Shown here piece by piece: positions 25,088-37,200 of a stretch of DNA of 64,000 bases. This DNA is from Lytechinus pictus. Its lineage: Eukaryota. Numbering within the stretch: position 1 is the first letter of the stretch; each line of letters opens with the position of its first letter. The position numbers were made by a program, and so were the translations under genes. Below the pieces are notes generated by a model. That model ran no database searches and was not told the DNA's origin. It worked only from the letters and a program-made list of their open reading frames with translations. The DNA is taken from the NCBI RefSeq assembly GCF_037042905.1, contig NC_087255.1, positions 19,902,001 to 19,966,000 of the forward strand, in the 5' to 3' direction.

Positions 25088-25194
25088 GTAAGGACAAGCT
25101 TCTGTTTCAGGGTCCATCAGTGGTAGGAGTACTAGTATGTGGTGGTGCCGTTATGAATAGTAGTAAAGTGAGTGGTATAATTAATATTAGAAGT

Positions 25195-25224
25195 AAAGTA
25201 GCAGCAGGAGTAGTAGTAGAGGGA

Positions 25225-25261
<37 letters not shown>

Positions 25262-25363
25262 CAGTGGTAGTGTAGCTATAGTAGTACAGTGAGTGGTATA
25301 CTTAGTAGTAGCAGTAGAAGCAGCAGCATCAGCAATAGTAGTAGGCCTAAAAATGGAACTAGT

Positions 25364-25399
<36 letters not shown>

Positions 25400-25443
25400 G
25401 TAGTAGTAGTATATAGTAGTAGTAGTAGTAGTTGTTGTTGTAG
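25195..25443. repeat. (GTA)n/(CTA)n trinucleotide microsatellite in the C1-C2 intron
   Basis: Directly visible. Confidence 0.9.
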
Positions 25444-25691
25444 TTTCAGAGCAGAACAAAATAAAGCGTACTTGCGTCCCGTTGCTTAAATTTAGGCAAG
25501 TCATGTGCAAGGTCAACCAAAGCATTAATAATAATAATAGTCTCATGAAAGTCACAAATGCGCGCCACTGATTTGTTGCGTTTAATTGTGAACGTTTTCT
25601 TTCTGTGATTCTTTGTAATACTGCCTTTTAGTAAAAGAATATTTCATTAGATATCATGCCATTATATATTCTCCATTTTTTACTGCCACAG

Positions 25692-25911
25692 GCCACAACA
25701 AAACCCGGGCGTTAATGTACCAAGGGGGCAATAACGGTCTCTACGAGGCGCTTTATCACGCCGTACCCATCGTGGTCATACCCTTGATCGGCGACCAGCC
25801 CGACGTCGCAGCTCGGGTGACGAGTAGAGGCATGGGTCTCAAGCTCGACATCAAGACCATTACCTCAGAGAAGATCGTTGACGCCCTCAATGCTGTCATC
25901 CATGAGAAACA
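25692..25911 (+). CDS. UGT: UGT constant exon C2 (UGT signature, UDP-sugar binding)
   Basis: cacAG|GC. GHNKTRALMYQGGNNGLYEALYHAVPIVVIPLIGDQ. Donor CA|GTGAGT. 220 nt, phase 1 to 2. Confidence 0.95.
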
Positions 25912-26879
25912 GTGAGTATCTTGAGCAGAAACATGGGGGCTAGACGCTATCCCCCCTCCCATTTTACACACATCGCGGGGAAAAGACGTCGTTCTTCGTT
26001 TTCTACTTTTCTAGCCTTTTTACCCCTCATCTGTCGTTTTCTGAAATTCCGCTGTAAGACCATGAAACTTGCTTGATCTTTCAAAAGTCTTTCAATGAAC
26101 TTTCAAAGATCCCCGAGGTCTTATATGATTACTGTTTGATTGTTCAGTGGTCTTCGTGGTCTCCGTGATCTCAAAGACTTTTTTGAAACTTTTTGAAACA
26201 GTCCTTCAGCGTTCTTGCAGGAAAGTGGTCTTTTAGTGGTCTTTCAGCGGTCTCTTGATCGATGAACTTTCAAAGTTCTCATTAGTCTCTCCATGATCTT
26301 TCAATAGTCTCTCATTTTTTTAGGGGATATCTCTGAAAGTCAGTCTTTCAGAATTCATGTAGGGGTCTAGGTGAGTCTTCCAGAGGTCTTGGTTAGTTTT
26401 TTCAGAGAAGTCGATCAATCTTTCAACAATCTCTGGCAGTACGCCATATAATCATTCAGTGATTCCTTAGTGGTATTTCCTGCTGGAAATATTGTTTTTG
26501 GTTTTTATGTTATTTATTTTATTGATATATTCATATTTCAATTTTCAGGGATTTTTCAGAGCCATTCCATAGAGATCCCAAATTTCAGTGATCTCGGAGA
26601 CTGCTAAAAGACCTTGCCAAATTATGGTATTTCAGTAGTCTTTCAATGGTCCCTTTCTATGGAATGGGGGCCTGACTAAAATGATTTTCAAGCAAGAGAT
26701 TACTTGGTTTTCTTGAGGGGGAGGGGTGAAGAAAAGCAAGATTGAATTTAGGAAAGGAAAAATCATTTCTCTCTTGTAATACTAAGTGTTGTTTGTTGGG
26801 GATGTGCTCTCATGATTTTTTTGCATGTGGTTAGTAAGTATGCCTGTCATAATTACATTTTAATTTCTCATAATTCCAG

Positions 26880-27162
26880 ATACAAAGAAACGGTGCAACA
26901 GCTGTCCGCCATTTTCCACGACCGCCCGATGAGACCAGTCGAAAAAGCCGCATTTTGGATCGAACACGTGATCAAACACGGTGGTGAATACATGCGATCA
27001 CCTATTCATGACTTAACGTGGTATGAGTATTACCTCATCGACGTCGCCGCCTTCTTCCTTCTCGTGATTGTCGTGCTTGTCGTTTTTATTGTGTATTCAT
27101 GTAAATTTGCCTTCAGGTGCTGCAAGAGAGTTTGTGTCGGCAAGAAAGCAAAGACTGAATGA
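26880..27162 (+). CDS. UGT: UGT constant exon C3 (TM helix, dilysine ER-retention tail)
   Basis: ttccAG|A. YKETVQQLSAIFHDRP..AAFWIEHV..LTWYEYYLIDV, hydrophobic TM, ends KKAKTE-TGA. Phases sum correctly. Confidence 0.95.
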
Positions 27163-29467
27163 TGACAGTTTTCAAGGTGATAACATTAATTATGATAACT
27201 AATGTCCAAATGTTGACGCAGTGTCTGGGGGAACGTTTCATGAAGACTTATGTTAGTGATTTTTCACCGACAGTTGTTACAAGCGACTGAAAATCCTTAC
27301 GTGTGATTGGCTGAGAGCAAATTAGTCGGTAAAAATCAAGGACAAAACTCGTCATGAAATATTCCCCCTGTCTGGCAGAATTAAATGCTATATTATTCCT
27401 GCAATAGAAATGAGTAGTTTCACAGTGTATTTTTTCCAAGATTTAACAATCACTTTCAGGATAGTTATTTTGTATTGCTTATTCTGTTCGCTGTAATTTA
27501 TTCTAAGGCAATTCCAATCATAGTTATGCAAGAAGGAAAAGGGCGAAGTCGATAAATAATTTATCGTTTAATATATGTCTTTTCAGAGCAATAGCAATAA
27601 TACTTAAAATGGTTGACTTTTTTTCCTTTGTCATCTGTGGTCTCAAGAAGGGTTCTAATTTGAATAAACTTGCAAAACTATCTTTAAACGTATATGAACT
27701 TAAATTGAAGTATTTCTTTCTACCAAATTATGCAAAAATGAATATGTTATATACCTCTTCTCAATCGAATGTCTCCTATTGGAACAGATTTATGTGTTCC
27801 CATTAATATATAAGGATACCGGATATTTTCTATATCCATTACCAAGACACGTTCAAAAGTCTCGTCCTAGGCGTTGACGCAATCGGAATTTCACAGAGGT
27901 TTCCCCAACAGTGCCGATCTATCTTGGACAATTATACATATGGTGACAGTGCGCTTCGCGGGATCCCCCGATGTAAGCCGCTGCTAAGTTGCTCACGCCG
28001 ACATTGGGATTATGACGTCATGGAGTAAAATGAATATGTGTATCATGCCATCGTTGACATGGCAATTAGTAAACAGTAAAAAGTCAATAATTATAGACCT
28101 ACGATTTCATGAATTGGTAGTTTGTTTTTCGGATGCTGGTGAGGTATGTTCACAAGTAATTGTCTGTATTTCACTTGATTATACATAACGCTCCGAATTG
28201 GACATTACAGGCTAATATTCTAATATGTGTTTTATTTACCTTTAATAGGCATTCACTTTTTTTGTTTACAAAGGTTAGTTTCTATACAGGAATAGCTTGT
28301 TCTGTAATCACGTTTAATTTGTGCAGAATTTTAATGATGTCATGTCATCACTCTAAAGCACAAAAGCATACTAGAATAGAGAAATGGTTAAAGTGGTGCC
28401 AATGTTATTTTAGTCGCTTTCGACGCGAACCAAGTCATTTTCTGACTATAATAAAATGATAATGACTATACATCTAGGTTTCGTCCAGCTGATATTAACC
28501 AATTATATTTTATAGTTATTATTTACAGCGTATGACTTTATCACTTGATTTGAGCTATTAATAATTTTTTTATTTCTCTGTTATGACCAAAACCTTGCTT
28601 TAGTGTGGGGCAACTGTCAAAACATCTTTAGAGTTAACAATCTAAACCTTTTTATTGTGATCGTATGACGTGCAATTGTAATTGGAGTTAATATCATGCA
28701 TAAACATGACAGTAATATTTTAGGTTAAATTCAATTGTAATTTAGAACTGTAGAATGAATTTGTGCTTTCAGAACTTATCTGACAAAACCCTTTTCTCGC
28801 CGTGGTGATTTTTTGATTGATTTTTTCTACAGTACAAGGATGTATTCTGAAGTACAGATGATATGTGTATTTTTCTTGTTGAGTCTATGATTCAATAAGG
28901 AAATAATATTTGAACTCAGAAACACGCACTCATCATTTTATCAATGCTAAGTTTATTCTTTCATTTTGATTAAATTTTACTTTTTTACTGCAGTACTAAA
29001 ATGTTCCATGTGAGGTTTTATTGAAACAACTGCTTGAGAGTAAATTAACATAAACTGAGAGATGGGAAGAGGAGACAGGGGCCCGGGGGGGGGGGTAAAG
29101 GGTAGAAAGGGAGAGGGAAAGAGGGAAAATAGATAAATAATATAACGTCATACAAATATAGAACATAGTAAGAACATGTAACATAGAGTTAAGGAAGTGG
29201 AAGAAGGGGGTATTTATGTGAGGGAGGATATGTGTGAGGGTGCATGTGTGTGTGTGTGTGTGAGAGAGAGAGACAGGAGTGAATAAGAAAGTGATGGGGA
29301 AATGGGAAAGAAAGGGAGTGTGTGTGGGTAGGAGAGGGTGTGTGTTAAAAAACGTAAAGAAACCGTCGGTGGGAAGGAGAAATTGACAGACTGAAGAAAT
29401 GACACGAGACGAAAAGTTGCTTATAAATTTAACGATCAAGCAAAGAGAAAACCACAAAAGCTTTCAT

Positions 29468-29822
29468 TGGCCCGAATTCACAAAGGTGGATTCTGCAAAA
29501 TCCACGGATTAATCCATGGATTTTGCAGAATCCACCTGAACTAAGGTTTAAATTAAACCCTGGTTTAAAGTTGTTGTTTAACTATGGAAAGCCAATTTGG
29601 GCACAAATTCCTAACAGTACACATTTATTTTATTAACTCATTTGAAACTCAAATTGCTCATAATTGTCTGGGAATGATAACTACAGTAGTCTGAATTATT
29701 TTCCTTCATTATGAAAGCAAGTGGAAACAAAATAGTAAACACAAGAGATATACAATGTAAACATAATTTTTGATTTTTTGGCTCCCCATAATTTTAGCAC
29801 AGACCGTGGTCTAAGTTAAACC
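29468..29822. mobile_element. MITE-like element with internal palindrome
   Basis: Ends ggcccgaattc / gaatacgggcc. Internal ggtggattctgcaaaatcca...tggattttgcagaatccacc at ~29487-29536. Confidence 0.55.
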
Positions 29823-30184
29823 AGACTTCAGAATACGGGCCGATTGTGTCGCAATTTGCGAACATTATATAATTTTGTGACATCACCATCCACCGCGCGC
29901 CCCTAGGCGCGTTTTGATTGTGACGTTTCATACGTTCGCGCTTAGTTACATGAAACTTTCAATACATTATTCAAACAGCATAAAGTGTACTTCCCGCTAA
30001 AATAAGATATTTAATCATTTTCACGTACCGCGTGCCAATTGTCAGTGCCAATTGCGTTCTCATGAAATATTAATCCCTCCTCATATTATATTATAATAGG
30101 CTTAGGATTTTTTTTACGATAATGGATATTAAGAAAGAACAATCATTGAACATAATTTTGTGAGATTACCTGACTGTGCTAAAG

Positions 30185-32460
30185 ATGGAGGAAATGATGG
30201 AGAAGATAATACACTTTGATGAAGAGGAAACGGAAGTGGACTGGACAAAAGAAGAATCCTTCCTGAATCAACCACAAATATGGCCAGCATTCTCCCATGC
30301 TGTTGCTACCGAGTTATGCCTAGAAACAGGGGCTGGTTCATTGAGTCCTGTACCGAAACTTGAAGAATATTCAGAGGCTTTTAAGCCATTTCAGGTGAGA
30401 ATAGAGCCTGGCAAGTATAGTTGAAATATTTTGTAGGACTATAGCTCCAAACTCTTTGCAAGATTATCATTCGAGTTATATTTTGTTTAAAAATTACGTA
30501 AAAATGACCTTCGAATTGTGATGTCATGTAAAGCCCCCTCTCCCGTCTTCAAACTCATTCCGCGACCCCTGAATAGCTTCCAAGAGGAAATTTCCCTTGT
30601 TTTTTTTACCCCTCCTCCTCCCTCGACATTCAGCATTCAGAAGAAACTTAAACCAAAACCCATGATAGAGTAAATCAATCTTATTGGAAACAGTGAAATG
30701 AGAGGAAACACGTTTCATCTATATAGATCAGTTACGAAATAAGAGAGTTATGGACACGTTTAGAAACTAAATTCTTGCATCACTTTCTGCGGGGATCCTC
30801 AAATTGGCGAACATGCTTCAAAATGGTTACTTTTGTGGACAAGTTGACAACCCTCTATTGTTTTGTTTTGTACACATATTTTAAGATTTCTCCCATTATT
30901 TTACATGTTTCAGATTATCTCGATCATCCTGACCTTGACATTTGTAGTGTGAATTATATTTTCCCATGACATTATGTTGTGCTCGGAAGAAGACAAGACC
31001 GTGAAGACGCGGTTTCGATGGTAGTGGAGAAAATCTGATTTTTTTTACAAGACAAAATAAGGGAGAGGTATTTTACGACTATCTTTTATTGCAATATTTA
31101 GATGTTTTATACGGAAAACGACCTGACGGGTACAACGATTACAAAACTAAAGAAACGTCAGACTAAGATCGTCGAGGAATACCAAACCGACATCGAAAGA
31201 GGACGAGGGCGTGGTCAAAGGAGACTTCGTGAAAGCAGGATGATGGGGCGACTGAATAATCTTAGCCTGCCGTTTCGAAGAAGGTATAGAATTTAATCGA
31301 AACGGTAGGCCTATAAACAATGGTCCATTGATAATAGAGCATTGGTTATAGGTCTACCGTTTCAATTAGCAAAAAGAACGCGAGTGACGGGGGATTGAAA
31401 TCACTCAGTCGTCAAAATCAAAAAGGATAAATCCTTTTTAAGCCATTTTCAGCTTTCTGTATCTACAATTTTGACGACTGAGTGATATCAATCCCCTGTC
31501 ACTCGCGTTCTCTGTACCTATCCACCCCATCTTCTTCCTATTGCATCAAAATAATTACCTACCCGGTACCTGTCACAACAATCAAACTCAGCTCCTTTTA
31601 CCTTCACGTATACCCCCTCCATATTTGATTTAACCTTTTCATATCCTGTATTGTTGTCTCCAATATCTTTTCCTTTTATAAAATTGATTTAATCGTGAGT
31701 AGTAATTATCAAGAAAAAGGTGCTACAGTACTGGATGTTGAAAAATGAAGCACGAATTGGTGGGAGGAATTTCAAAGAATCACATTATGTTGAGATCCAA
31801 TAACTATTTCATCATCTGGTAATGCGTATGCAAATATTTCCTTTATGTATGCCAATAATACAAAATTATGTAAATAGTACAACTAATAGATATTCTTTTG
31901 ATTACCAAAGAAATAAAATTGCGATGGTATGGCTCAATCTAAACATAGACTGATTTCATTCTTGATGTTTCAGACATCTGCCAGAAATTGAAATCAATCT
32001 CGAAGACATCACGTACGTTCCCAACATCGTTGCGAACTTGACTTTCGACCAATCAACGTCCAGAACGCGCAAAATCTCTTCATCTTCGACACCAACTGGT
32101 CTTGTACACCAGCCGTTTTACCAGAACGTTCAGACACGGAGTATGAAACTGGTTTTGGAAGATGTGTACGCGAACAAGTTCGACGCGAGGAAGCTGCTGG
32201 GATGCCGGCTGAGTCTAGGGAGGAGGCGGCCGTGGCAAGGAAGGGCTTCGGTAAAAATGATTCTGGAGACATACATTGCGTCAAGGGTGGTGTGTCTGGT
32301 GCAGTATTCTACGACCTTTCCTGGGCATGCGCACAAGGTTCCCGAGGAATGGAAACGGAAAGTCGAGATCCAACACTGTCCAATCGCGTTCCGATACGCT
32401 CTTCTAAAACGAGATAGAGATGGAATTATTGATGACGTCACGAAACCAAGCACAGAGTAA
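30185..32460 (+). CDS. Tentative 3-exon hypothetical protein (292 aa), no family recognised
   Basis: Exons 30185-30394 (CAG|GTGAGA, phase 0), 31102-31283 (ttAG|ATG ... AG|GTATAG, phase 2) and 31974-32460 (tttcAG|A) join into one open frame of 879 nt. The exons are GC-richer than their flanks. Confidence 0.45.
31375..31511. repeat. Inverted repeat / small MITE
   Basis: agaacgcgagtgacgggggattgaaatcactcagtcgtcaaaat pairs with attttgacgactgagtgatatcaatcccctgtcactcgcgttct. Confidence 0.8.
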
Positions 32461-32607
32461 TAAACTACGTCGACTCGAAAAAAAAAAGATACTGCATGTC
32501 GGAATCTAATTCTGATATTGCCAGTGTCGTTATAAGGCAGGTAATCCTAAAGGGCCCGTGCTCCATACGGAGTAAAATGTATTATATAGACGACGACATT
32601 TCGGGAG

Positions 32608-32672
32608 ATAAAAGCGTATACACATACGCATAAAAGCGTATACACATACTCATAAAAGCGTATACACATACA
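32608..32672. repeat. 22-bp tandem repeat x3
   Basis: ataaaagcgtatacacatac(g/t)c units. Confidence 0.85.
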
Positions 32673-34292
32673 CTCGCATCCACATCATTACGCCATTGGT
32701 TTTGACACTATAACAAAATATTCTCCATTCATGATCATTCTAAGAAATAAAATTCATTTGAATTATATATTTGAATACAAAAAATATAGGCCTAGCACAG
32801 TGAAATACGAGTGAATTATTTGTTTTCATGTGGAATGGCAGATAAGAGTTATTTTTGATTAATGACTTGGTAAGGATCAAATAGTGGACCTTTAGAATAA
32901 TCGAAAATTTCCAATGTTTTTTATAGATTCCGAACAAATTGTACGTGGTGTGCTGCCCAAGAAAAGCTTAATAAATGTTATCACTGTTTCCATTTTAATG
33001 TAAGCCTATGAAGCTGGGCCCTAATTTGGATATTGGTAATCATAAGAATCTCCATCAGCATGCATAAGATACAAGATTTATTTCACAACTTATTACAATG
33101 ATAGAAATGGGAAAATACATTATCCTATTTTCATAAAGAATCTCGTATTTCGAATGAATTCAAACGAAAAAAAATGCATCGGGCAAATGAAAACGATAAC
33201 TGTGTTGGTAAAATAAAGGACCGAAAGTACAATTTTTAAGACTAATCAAGGGGCAAACATTTCATTCATAAATAATAATTCTAAGGAAATATAATATGCT
33301 TGAAAAAAAAATTATCTGACTTAAATCCAAAATTTGTTTTATCTTTTTGCGTAATTGATAAGGACATAGTACTGTTCAGTTGTTTGAATGATTAAACTTG
33401 GCACACTAATATTGAAGTCGTGTTTATTTCTTGTTTAACAGTGAAAATTATTAGGCCATCACAATTTGTCATAATGAGAATTATGTCATCTGCAATATAA
33501 ACACTGTGCACTTTACCGTTGCAAAATAATGTACAAGATTCCTTGCACCGACCACATATTTCCATCACCTTTGTACTATAGAGTAGGCCTATGCAGCAAA
33601 CTGCAATAGTAATTCTTGAATAATATCTATAGAATAATACTAATCCTAGTTTAAAATATGGTGGGATAAGGATTAAAGCCAATGTTAAAATATGTCATTA
33701 TTATCAATTCAGGGTAAATTAACTTCAAAGAGTTAAACGAAACTAATAAAAGCATCTCGTATTACTAGAAATAAGGAGATTATAGAAGAATGATGTAAAA
33801 TTTTCGAGTATTTTTACTCTGTTTCAGTATCTTGCTTTTAAAAAAATCCTATTTTCTCATAACGTCTTTCCTAAAAGTCCCATGGGGTGCACCGTTATAT
33901 GTGCATAATAATGAAAGGTGGTACACCATTATGCGTGGCAGTCGGCACTGGCCCTGCACAGTAATAAAATGTTATGCAACGCTGTTAACTATTATCACGG
34001 ACCTTCTTAGGTCTGTGCTATTATGAAACCTTACAGTAGTTGATAAACAGTTGAAACAACATTGCTTAATTTTTTTTAGAATTGAATATTGAAATTTAAA
34101 CTTTGTTGTGTAAAATTCTAAACAGTGATTTTTATATCTTTTTAAGCTACTGTATAAAGATTCATAATCCGAGTTATGTAAGTAAATAATAATAATAAGC
34201 AGCGTTTTTTTTTTACTGTGTGATTATGGAGGAAATGTGTCCATGAGGTCATACAACATCGTATTGGATCCTAGGCTGAACATACCGGCCGA

Positions 34293-37200
34293 CTATAAAA
34301 CAACATATACTGACGCATCAACATTCCCGACAGACCCAACAATCGATTCGTAAGAAGGCGCTGCTATCGTTTCTCTGACGTTCGTTGGTGATGTAGAGTT
34401 TGTCCGAAAGTTAAATTGCGGATCCAAAGCTTCGCTGTATGACGGAGGCGGGGGCACTGAGGAAATATCCCCATACGCTGGCGGTGACTGGGGATCCGTG
34501 CCTCCAGATCGCTCCGAACCCCGCGTGACTGAAGGTGTTCCTTCTAACGATACCTCTTGTTGATAGGTTTGAGGATTTTGTTCCGATGGCGCCTCGCCTG
34601 TCCCCGTTTCCTCACTACGCGCCACACCCCTGAGACATTTGCAGGATACGACGAACAGCAGCGCACGCCCTAAGGCAGAGATACCCCTGGAAATGCGCTC
34701 AAAGATCCTAGCCACCACATTCCTTATACATGATGCTATTTCACCAATGCAACTCCCACACTGACAGTTGTTGTTGTTGTTGTTGTTGGACCGCCTTCGT
34801 GTACAACAAAAGACGACGCCGATTCCGATAATAACAGCGACAGCGGTAGAAAATATATTTGTTGATGCATCGTCGTCACCAATGAGAAACTCGGCCCAGT
34901 ATCTGCCTCCGGACCCATCTAAGGGGATCAAAGAACGAGAGGTAATAGACTTATGATTTTGAATGTTATTTGACAGGGGAAATGGGGCAACCGCCCTATC
35001 AGGATGAGCGGAACGTGTTTTTGTTTTTGTTTTTTTAATGTTGGGGTTAAGCCGAAGGGGGGGGGGCTCACAATTAGACGGAGGGGTGGGATAGTATTTA
35101 AGGGTGAGGTATCGATCGTGAAACTTCTTACCCCTGTTTTACAATGCAAAATATATATGACGTTACATTGCGGTCGATTTGCCCCCCCCCCCCCCCCGCC
35201 CAGCCTCCATCAAAATACACTCTCTCCTTTTGCAAGCATGATAAAGCCTACCATTTTCTCTATCATGCTTATACAACTTATTTCTAACTGGTATCACCTT
35301 CAATCAACAGATCAATATTAATACTATCTTTTTATATATATATAGTTCATTCAATGGAAGAGCATTTAAAAGGAAACAGTGATGAAGTGGCTAGATGTTA
35401 TAATAACATAAATAAAATATATACTTAGGCCTATTTGTTTATATCAATCGTCTTGTTCTAAATAAGGAAAGAGGTCAGAATTCCGTCCATTTGATATTTT
35501 AAAAACTATGTTTGATAACAGTTTCGGGCTTTTTTTTCAAATAAATCATTGATTTGAATGAGAAAAATATCATACCCTTCGTCTTCTTGCAGATGAACTT
35601 TAATTGTTCGTCGCAGTTTGCAAGTTGCCACCGTCCATTTCCGTTTATGTCAATTGCTGAACAACCCGAGGTTTCTCCAGACCTATTATCAAAGCTGAGG
35701 AAGGAAACAGAGGTGAAAAGGGTCCATTGATTATCCTTTTCCGGTGGCGATCTCCCCCCCCCCACCCCCGAATTAGTACTTTTGCACCCGACACGTGGGG
35801 CTGTTTTGTAGGCCTTAATTGAATCAGACTACAATTCTTTCTTTCTTGGCCATGTATTTTTTCCAGAGTCGTGCTTCAATTTTCAATCAACACCAAAATC
35901 CTTTGAAAATTCGTTCTTGGCGAGCGAGACTCGAACATGCGTCAATGAACCCCGCCAATGAACTTGACAAGGATTTGCTTATATACTGCTTGAGCAACAC
36001 CGATCGAACTGATAGATGGGTCAGAATTACGCTATAACCCAACATTTCATAGCCCCATGAATATTCACAGGCGTAGTCTGACTAAATATTCCCTATCAAA
36101 TCGTCATTCCCATAGACGTATTCATGAAAAATTTACGGGTATGGTATACTGCCCACACGCGTCGGGTACACAAGTACTGACGGAATAAAACCGCTACCCG
36201 AGGGGGGGGGGGGCTCGGATTTGGAAAGCGTGGGGGTGAACGGCTCCAAAATCTGAAACACTACCCTTAAGAACTGAAGTTGCTCTAAAAATAAACCCCA
36301 AAACGGCCCTCTGTAAATGCTCGAAAACTGGAATTTAATAGAAAAAAGGAGGAATGCGTGAAATTTGAGACGCCTAAAATGAGGGGTTTAAGAACGGGGG
36401 AATGCAGGTTGGTCAATAAAAAGGGGTGAAAATTATATCTTGGGGAAATGCTTGCAAGACCTTTATTGTCTTAAAAGAAATTATTGATTAAAGCAATTCA
36501 ATTTCTGTAAAGAAAATCCTTCCCTCTATTTGCCTAAAAAAATAACCAACAACTTTTTAAGACAAAACAATGTACGAACGTATAAATGCCCATTCGTCGT
36601 TACCGTCAATATATTCGAATGATCTAGTAAGAATTACTCACTTGTAAAACAAAGGACTCAAACCATCTAGCCATTGCCAATCACTGTTCAAACCCAACCA
36701 CACGAGTGATGCTGTCTCGTTTTGAAAAGAATCTGGAAGAAAGGAAATTCATTTAAACTTAATGTTGTCATCAATACTATATTTTTTTCTCTCAATTCTA
36801 AAGAGACATTAGCGAGTTTTAGCCCCGCGACGCAGAACATTCTTAGGAACATAGAAAATATATTGTCAAATGCCCTTCATGACAATGAGCAACCATGCAA
36901 GAAGTCTTTGTCAAAAAATGGTGAATCAAAACAGCAGTTCCGTCCTGAGCAATTTTTCGTCAACTCCAACACTCAGGACGAACTGCTGTTCCAGTTCACC
37001 AACTTTCGACAAATACCTCCCAGCTGTTCTTTGTAATTTGAATGGCATTTTCAATGCATTTACTGTGTTTTATAATTCGTTATAAATCTGCGTAGCGATG
37101 CGAAAACGCGCTATTGTAAAAGCGGCCGCGGAACGGTCAATTAGATCTAAACAAGCTTGGTAAGAAACAACATAATTGAGATACAAAATAATAAATAAGT

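Larger units (their letters stand above)
6559..27162 (+). other. UGT: UDP-glycosyltransferase complex locus: 7 variable first-exon cassettes sharing 3 constant exons
   Basis: Six paralogous ~840-890 nt exon-1 cassettes plus one remnant all end at the same GT donor position. Only one copy of the C-terminal exons (24862-25087, 25692-25911, 26880-27162) is present, starting at a phase-0 acceptor. Confidence 0.92.

Noticed and set aside
30914-31020. Extra exon for the orphan gene after tttcAG at 30913
   Set aside because: Stop codons in all three frames; could be a decayed exon but cannot be supported.
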